Assembly: GCF_000253055.1 (NCBI RefSeq)
Contig: NC_016070.1
Span: forward strand, 1,530,001 to 1,562,000
DNA length: 32,000 nucleotides
Direction: 5' to 3'
From: Thermoproteus tenax Kra 1
Lineage (GTDB): Archaea; Thermoproteota; Thermoprotei; Thermoproteales; Thermoproteaceae
Part shown: in pieces, positions 27,525 to 32,000 of the stretch
Position numbering within the stretch: position 1 is the first letter of the stretch
Layout of the letters: the number at the start of each line of letters is the position of its first letter
Notes under the pieces: generated by a model
What the model saw: the letters and a program-made list of their open reading frames with translations, nothing else
What the model was told of the DNA's origin: nothing
Database searches by the model: none
Translations under genes and position numbers: made by a program

Positions 27525-28044
27525 ACACGACCTCGTAGGCCTCCTTGGCCGCCTCTATATTGGCTCTGGCGGCTCTGGCAGGGACGAACTCGGGGATCGT
27601 CCTAATTATCCCCTCTATGCTTACCGCCTTGCTCACTGCAGCAAAGGCGGCGGCCATAACCATGTTGACCAGAGGCCAACCGGCCGCCACAAGGCCGTGT
27701 TTTAGAGCGATCGATGTAGCGTCCACTGCTATATACCACGGCTCCTCCTCCTTAGTGTTCACAATATACCTTGCCTCGGGCTTCCCGTAGGCCTTAACGT
27801 TAGTCTGCCTTAATATACGGCCGTCGAGAACTACTACATAGTCGCCCGCAGTTATCGAGGAGTGCTTCTCAATGGGTCTCTCGTCGATTCTCAAATAAGC
27901 GCGGACGATGGCTCCGCGGCGCTCTGCGCCGAACTCCGGTATAGCCTGCCCGAACTTCCCCTCGATTGTGGCCACCCGGGCGAGGAGTTGGGCCGCTGTG
28001 ACGGCGCCCATACCCCCTCTCCCGAAGAACACAACCTCTATCAT
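27487..28044 (-). CDS. porG: Pyruvate/2-oxoacid:ferredoxin oxidoreductase, gamma subunit
   Basis: MIEVVFFGRGGMGAVTAAQLLARVA, GAERRGAIVRAYLRI. Confidence 0.88.
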   Translation of the reverse strand: MIEVVFFGRGGMGAVTAAQLLARVATIEGKFGQAIPEFGAERRGAIVRAYLRIDERPIEKHSSITAGDYVVVLDGRILRQTNVKAYGKPEARYIVNTKEEEPWYIAVDATSIALKHGLVAAGWPLVNMVMAAAFAAVSKAVSIEGIIRTIPEFVPARAARANIEAAKEAYEVVSKKLAGALAQQG

Positions 28045-28271
28045 ACTGCCAGTGTGGGCCGGACTTTATAACCTTTATACCCTCTATATATTGTTGGGGC
28101 CGGCGAACCAACTTTATCAAAATTATCGAGAAGACATGCCTTTAATTTATTTAAAAACTAAGAAAAAATACAATACTTGGCATAATCTCGTGGACACCAT
28201 ACATATATCTTTAAATCGCCATCTCTATATTACTATATATAAAACATAAATACTGGACACGAGTTTATGCC

Positions 28272-28535
28272 GTGGAGTCGGTACTAGTTCCGGTATCAAG
28301 GCCCGATGTCGGCTCAGGCGGTCTGACGGGAACTTGGCGCACTCTGAGGCCCGTAGTTCATTTAGATAAATGTATAGACTGCGGCATATGCTGGCTCTAT
28401 TGCCCCGAGTCCGTCATCGATTGGGAGAGGGGTCAGAAGATAAAGATCGACTACAACTACTGCAAGGGATGCGGGATATGCGCCCACGAGTGTCCCGTTA
28501 AAGCGATAGAGATGGCCCCCGAGGGCGGACTATGA
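28272..28535 (+). CDS. porD: Pyruvate/2-oxoacid:ferredoxin oxidoreductase, delta (ferredoxin) subunit
   Basis: CIDCGICWLYCPESV and CKGCGICAHECPVKAIEM 2x[4Fe-4S] motifs; GTG start. Confidence 0.9.
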   Translation: MESVLVPVSRPDVGSGGLTGTWRTLRPVVHLDKCIDCGICWLYCPESVIDWERGQKIKIDYNYCKGCGICAHECPVKAIEMAPEGGL

Positions 28536-29683
28536 AGGCGCTCACGGCCCTCAAGACTGCGCTCACGGGCAACCACGCCGTGGCGTACGCAGTGAAGATG
28601 GCGAGACCGCACGTCATTTCGGCGTATCCGATCACTCCCCAGACCACAATTGTGGAGAAGCTGTCTGAGTTCGTGGCCAAAGGAGAGTTGAAATCAGATT
28701 TTATAAACGTGGAGTCTGAGTTCTCGGCGCTGGCCGTCGTCTACGGCGCAGCCATGGCGGGGGCCAGGACCTTCACTGCCACCAGCAGCCACGGCTTGTT
28801 CTATATGTACGAGATGTTGTGGTGGGCCGCCGGGAGCCGGGCGCCCATAGTCATGGCCATAGTGACGAGGACTCTGGGGCCTCCCTGGAACATCCACGAC
28901 GAGCACAACGACATACTGGCCATAAGAGATTCGGGCTGGGCGATAGCTATGGCCTCCAGCGTTCAGGAGGCCTTTGACTTAACTGTGCAAGCCTATAGGC
29001 TCGCGGAGAGCATCAATCTGCCAGTCGCCGTGGGGCTCGACGGCTTTCTGCTGAGCCACACTGTGGAGAGCATAGAGATACCGCCTCAAGAGGTAGTGGA
29101 CAAGTTCCTCCCGCCCAGGAACCCGGAGCTACCCATAAAGCTCAGGCCGGGGAACCCCATCACTTGGGGGAATATACCGGCCGACGATAGGATGCACGCC
29201 GAACATCTGAAGAACATATACAGAGCGCATCAAGAGGCCAAGGGCATCATCGGTGCGATAGACGCCGAGTACGGCAAGCTCGCCGGGCGCGAGTACGGCG
29301 GGCTCGTCGAGAGGTACGAGCTCGACGGAGCCAAGTACGCAGTGGTCTGCATGGGCGCGTGGTGCGGCGACGCCAAAGAGGCCGTCAAGTCCCTCAGGCG
29401 CGACGGCGTGCCCGTCGGCCTCATGAGGCTGAGGTTCGTCAGGCCCTTCCCAGATGAAGAGCTGAGGACTCTGGAGGGCATGGACAAAGTGGTGGTGTTC
29501 GACCGCGATATAACTCCGGCGGGCGGAGTGTTGGGGAGGGAGGTCGCCTCAGTCTTGGGGCGCGGCAGCGTTGTGGACGTCGTGGCGGGCATAGCCGGCG
29601 TTGACTTCAAGGCGGACGACTTCGCAAAGGCCGTGAAACGCGCCATCAAGGGCGAGTACGGAGACTGGATAGTGTTGCTATGA
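28532..29683 (+). CDS. porA: Pyruvate/2-oxoacid:ferredoxin oxidoreductase, alpha subunit
   Basis: ISAYPITPQTTIVEKLSEF, VESEFSALAVVYGAAMAGARTFTATSSHGL, VVFDRDITPAGG. Confidence 0.92.
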   Translation: MKALTALKTALTGNHAVAYAVKMARPHVISAYPITPQTTIVEKLSEFVAKGELKSDFINVESEFSALAVVYGAAMAGARTFTATSSHGLFYMYEMLWWAAGSRAPIVMAIVTRTLGPPWNIHDEHNDILAIRDSGWAIAMASSVQEAFDLTVQAYRLAESINLPVAVGLDGFLLSHTVESIEIPPQEVVDKFLPPRNPELPIKLRPGNPITWGNIPADDRMHAEHLKNIYRAHQEAKGIIGAIDAEYGKLAGREYGGLVERYELDGAKYAVVCMGAWCGDAKEAVKSLRRDGVPVGLMRLRFVRPFPDEELRTLEGMDKVVVFDRDITPAGGVLGREVASVLGRGSVVDVVAGIAGVDFKADDFAKAVKRAIKGEYGDWIVLL

Positions 29684-30603
29684 CCGTCAGAATAGACCAG
29701 CTCCCGAAGAAGAGGTACGTCCTTCCGGGCAACGCTGCGTGCGCAGGCTGCGGCATGATGATCGGATGGAAGATACTGGGGATGGCGCTGGGGGAGGAGG
29801 CCGTGTTGTCTATACCGGCCAGCTGTGCCGCAGTGGTACAGGGCCTGGCCCCCAAGTCGGGCGTGGCAATGCCGATCTTGAACGTGCCGTTTGCATCGGC
29901 CGCGTCAGTGGCCACCGGGATCGCCCACGCGTTCAGCCAGCTGGGGGTGAGGGGCCAGTCTGTGGTCTGGGCCGGCGACGGCGGAACGGCAGATATAGGG
30001 TTCGCCGCCCTTAGCGCTGCCGCCGAGAGGAACTCCAATATACTGTATATTATGTATGACAACGAGGCCTATATGAACACCGGCATTCAGAGGAGCAGCG
30101 AGACGCCGAAGGGCGCCTGGACTACGACGACTCCGGCGGGCAAGAGGGAGTCCAAGAAGGACGTAGCCCTCATACTTATGGCCCACGATGTCCCCTATGT
30201 GGCGACCGCCAGCATCGCCTATCCGCAGGACTTCTACAGGAAGATCAAGAGGGCTTCAGAGATAAAGGGCTTTAAGTTCATACATCTCTTCGCGCCGTGT
30301 CCCCCCGGCTGGCTCTTCGACCCCTCGCTGACCGTTGAGGTCGCCAGAAAGGCCGTTGAGACCGGCTTCTTCATACTCTGGGAGTACGACCACGGAGAGC
30401 TCAAGCTCAATCCGCCGAGCTCGGCGCTTGTCGATAAAAAACGCAGGAGGCCTCTAACGGAATATCTGAAGCTACAGGGCAGATTCGCCAACTTGACTGA
30501 GGAGCAGATAGCTGAGCTAGAGCGCGAGGTAGACCGCAGATGGGAGTTCTTGCTCAGGTTTATGGAAGCCAAGAGGAGAGTGGATGGGGCCGCCGGGATT
30601 TGA
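29680..30603 (+). CDS. porB: Pyruvate/2-oxoacid:ferredoxin oxidoreductase, beta subunit
   Basis: CAGCGMMIGWKILG, WAGDGGTADIGFAALSAAAERN, DNEAYMNTGIQRS. Stop codon lies inside the antisense tRNA gene. Confidence 0.92.
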   Translation: MTVRIDQLPKKRYVLPGNAACAGCGMMIGWKILGMALGEEAVLSIPASCAAVVQGLAPKSGVAMPILNVPFASAASVATGIAHAFSQLGVRGQSVVWAGDGGTADIGFAALSAAAERNSNILYIMYDNEAYMNTGIQRSSETPKGAWTTTTPAGKRESKKDVALILMAHDVPYVATASIAYPQDFYRKIKRASEIKGFKFIHLFAPCPPGWLFDPSLTVEVARKAVETGFFILWEYDHGELKLNPPSSALVDKKRRRPLTEYLKLQGRFANLTEEQIAELEREVDRRWEFLLRFMEAKRRVDGAAGI

Positions 30604-30706
30604 ACTTCCCCCGGCGTCCGCCGTCCGGGGTCACACGGGCTTGCCCGCGGCTGGGTTCGTTCGGCCGCACCGAGCCGTGCGTCCTACCAGGCTAGACTAC
30701 GGCCCC
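30586..30706 (-). tRNA. tRNA-Pro(CGG) with two introns
   Basis: Acceptor GGGGCCG/CGGCCCC, D-arm GTCT-AGCCTGGTA-GGAC, anticodon stem CACGG/CCGTG, T-stem CCGGG/CCCGG with TTCAAAT loop after removing introns at 30641-30669 (29 nt) and 30606-30624 (19 nt). Mature length 73 nt without CCA. Confidence 0.92.
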
Positions 30707-30849
30707 TAACGCTTAGCGCTTCTCAGTTTTTAACTTTTCTCTCGGGCTAAAAGACTTTCAACTTTCGATGCTTCAGTTCTCCTGCTCGGCCCTCCTCTCC
30801 AGCCACTTAGAGAACTGAAGAAAATCCACCCGGCTTTTGTAAGTTGCCC

Positions 30850-30985
30850 TCAGACTTCCTGAGTAATAATGAGCGTTGTTAATCCAAAACGAGGCGCATA
30901 CATAGCGGCGGCTAGGCCAGCAGGTCCGCCTCCAACCACCGCAGTATCTAGTACTTTGCCTCTCAAAGACTCTAATACTTCATCA
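30850..30985 (-). pseudogene. Fragment of an FAD/NAD(P)-dependent oxidoreductase (thioredoxin reductase-like N-terminus)
   Basis: VLESLRGKVLDTAVVGGGPAGLAAAMYAPRFGLTTLIITQEV*; dinucleotide-binding GGGPAG motif, then early stop. Confidence 0.5.
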
Positions 30986-30997
30986 GCCGGCGAAATG

Positions 30998-32000
30998 CTA
31001 ATAGACCACCGTCCTGGCTTGCTCCCGTGCGAAGTTAAGGAGGTAATATACCCCATTTACGCCTCTGCCAGTTGCTCCCGAGGCTTTCCAGCCTGTGAAT
31101 GGCTGAGCGCCGGGCCACGCGCCGGTGGTTGCGCCGCCTCTTCTGTTGGCGTACACCACGCCGAACTCGATATGCTCAAAGAAATACTCCACTTCCTTCG
31201 GGTCCTCGGAGAATATGCCGGCGGTTAAGCCGTATTCCGTGTCGTTTGCCTTCCTCACGGCCTCCTCCAGCGTGTCGAACTTATCGACTAGGAGTATGGG
31301 GAGGAACAGCTCTGTCTTCCAGAGGTAGCTGTCGGGGGCTACGCCTTCTATGATGGCCGGCTCTACGTAGAAGCCTTTTGAGAATTCGCCCTCTTCCAGC
31401 ACCCTCCCGCCGTATCTCAACCTGCCGCCGGCCGCCACGGCGTCGGCCACATAGCGCCTGTAGTTCTCCCGCGCCGACTTGTTAATCACGGGGCCGAGGA
31501 AAACCTCCCGCCTCCGCGGGTCGCCTATCTTTACAATCTCCCTAGTCTTCTCCACAAGCCGCTCCACAAACCTGTCGTAGACCTCCCTCTGCACGTAGAG
31601 CCTGCTCGTCGCGGAGCACTTCTGGCCTCCGAAGCCGAAGGCGGCCCTCACAACGCCCTCAGCCGCCTTCTCTAAATCAGCCTTGGCGGTGACTACGGTG
31701 GGGTTTTTCGAGCCCATCTCCAGCACAATTGGCTTAGGCCAGGGCTGTCTCTGGGTGAAGAGGCGGTACAGCCTCATGCCGACGTCGCGTGACCCGGTGA
31801 AGGCTATGCCGGCGACCCTCGGATCGCCAGTAGCCACCTCCTCGACAGCGTCGCCGGGGCCGGTGACGAAGTTTAAAACCCCAGGCGGCACTCCCGCCTC
31901 CACCGCCAGCTGGTACACCAAGGCGGCTGTGAACGGCGCCTCGCTGGTGGGCTTCCAAACAGCGGTGTTCCCCATCAAGAGGACCCCGGTGAGCATTCCC
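30998..32000 (-). CDS. Aldehyde dehydrogenase, 1-pyrroline-5-carboxylate dehydrogenase-like, partial (runs off right edge)
   Basis: IAFTGSRDVGMRLY, VLEMGSKNPTVV, FGFGGQKCSATSRLYV (catalytic Cys), NRRGGATTGAWPGAQPFTGWKASG. N-terminal part is missing and must lie beyond the window. Confidence 0.9.
   Translation of the reverse strand, partial: GMLTGVLLMGNTAVWKPTSEAPFTAALVYQLAVEAGVPPGVLNFVTGPGDAVEEVATGDPRVAGIAFTGSRDVGMRLYRLFTQRQPWPKPIVLEMGSKNPTVVTAKADLEKAAEGVVRAAFGFGGQKCSATSRLYVQREVYDRFVERLVEKTREIVKIGDPRRREVFLGPVINKSARENYRRYVADAVAAGGRLRYGGRVLEEGEFSKGFYVEPAIIEGVAPDSYLWKTELFLPILLVDKFDTLEEAVRKANDTEYGLTAGIFSEDPKEVEYFFEHIEFGVVYANRRGGATTGAWPGAQPFTGWKASGATGRGVNGVYYLLNFAREQARTVVY

Noticed and set aside
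28188-28263. Inverted pair CTCGTG ... CACGAG upstream of porD
   Set aside because: Six-base match about 70 nt apart; easily expected by chance.
1-32000. CRISPR arrays, cas genes, restriction-modification, toxin-antitoxin, prophage or integrase genes
   Set aside because: No repeat-spacer periodicity or such protein motifs seen; the lone RHH protein has no adjacent toxin-like ORF.

Overview
The window looks like an ordinary, gene-dense stretch of a hyperthermophilic crenarchaeal genome (Thermoproteus/Pyrobaculum-like, judged from gene content, leaderless TATA-proximal starts and tRNA intron style). Left to right it encodes: transketolase N-terminal half (partial), TyrRS, DAHP synthase, a two-gene 2-oxoacid:ferredoxin oxidoreductase, acetate transporter, acetyl-CoA synthetase, archaeal FBP aldolase/phosphatase, GNAT, two-subunit fumarase, a RHH regulator, a tungsto-enzyme (AOR family) gene flanked by two MoaD/ThiS-like genes, a divergent ketol-acid-reductoisomerase-like protein, a PTPS/QueD-like protein, an Fe-S EndoIII-like protein, DUF711, a BtuF-like protein, a UDP-sugar dehydrogenase, a maltodextrin-type ABC transporter next to a GH57 enzyme, a four-subunit POR split over two strands, a tRNA-Pro(CGG) with two introns, and a P5C-dehydrogenase-like aldehyde dehydrogenase (partial). 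No CRISPR array, intact mobile element or defence system was recognised. The best leads are: (1) an in-frame TAA four codons into what looks like the true leaderless start and signal peptide of the GH57 gene, downstream of a single near-symmetric TATA box shared with the divergent ABC binding-protein gene; (2) tRNA-Pro(CGG) with two bulge-helix-bulge introns, one only 19 nt inside the T stem, whose 3' end overlaps the porB stop codon; (3) the AOR/MoaD/KARI-like/PTPS-like neighbourhood with lost catalytic residues; (4) an unexplained 0.7-kb block (20027-20723) with a frameshifted ORF remnant and a very GC-rich hairpin-dense segment that may be a structured RNA; (5) a 13-nt poly-C/G tract inside a small putative ORF.
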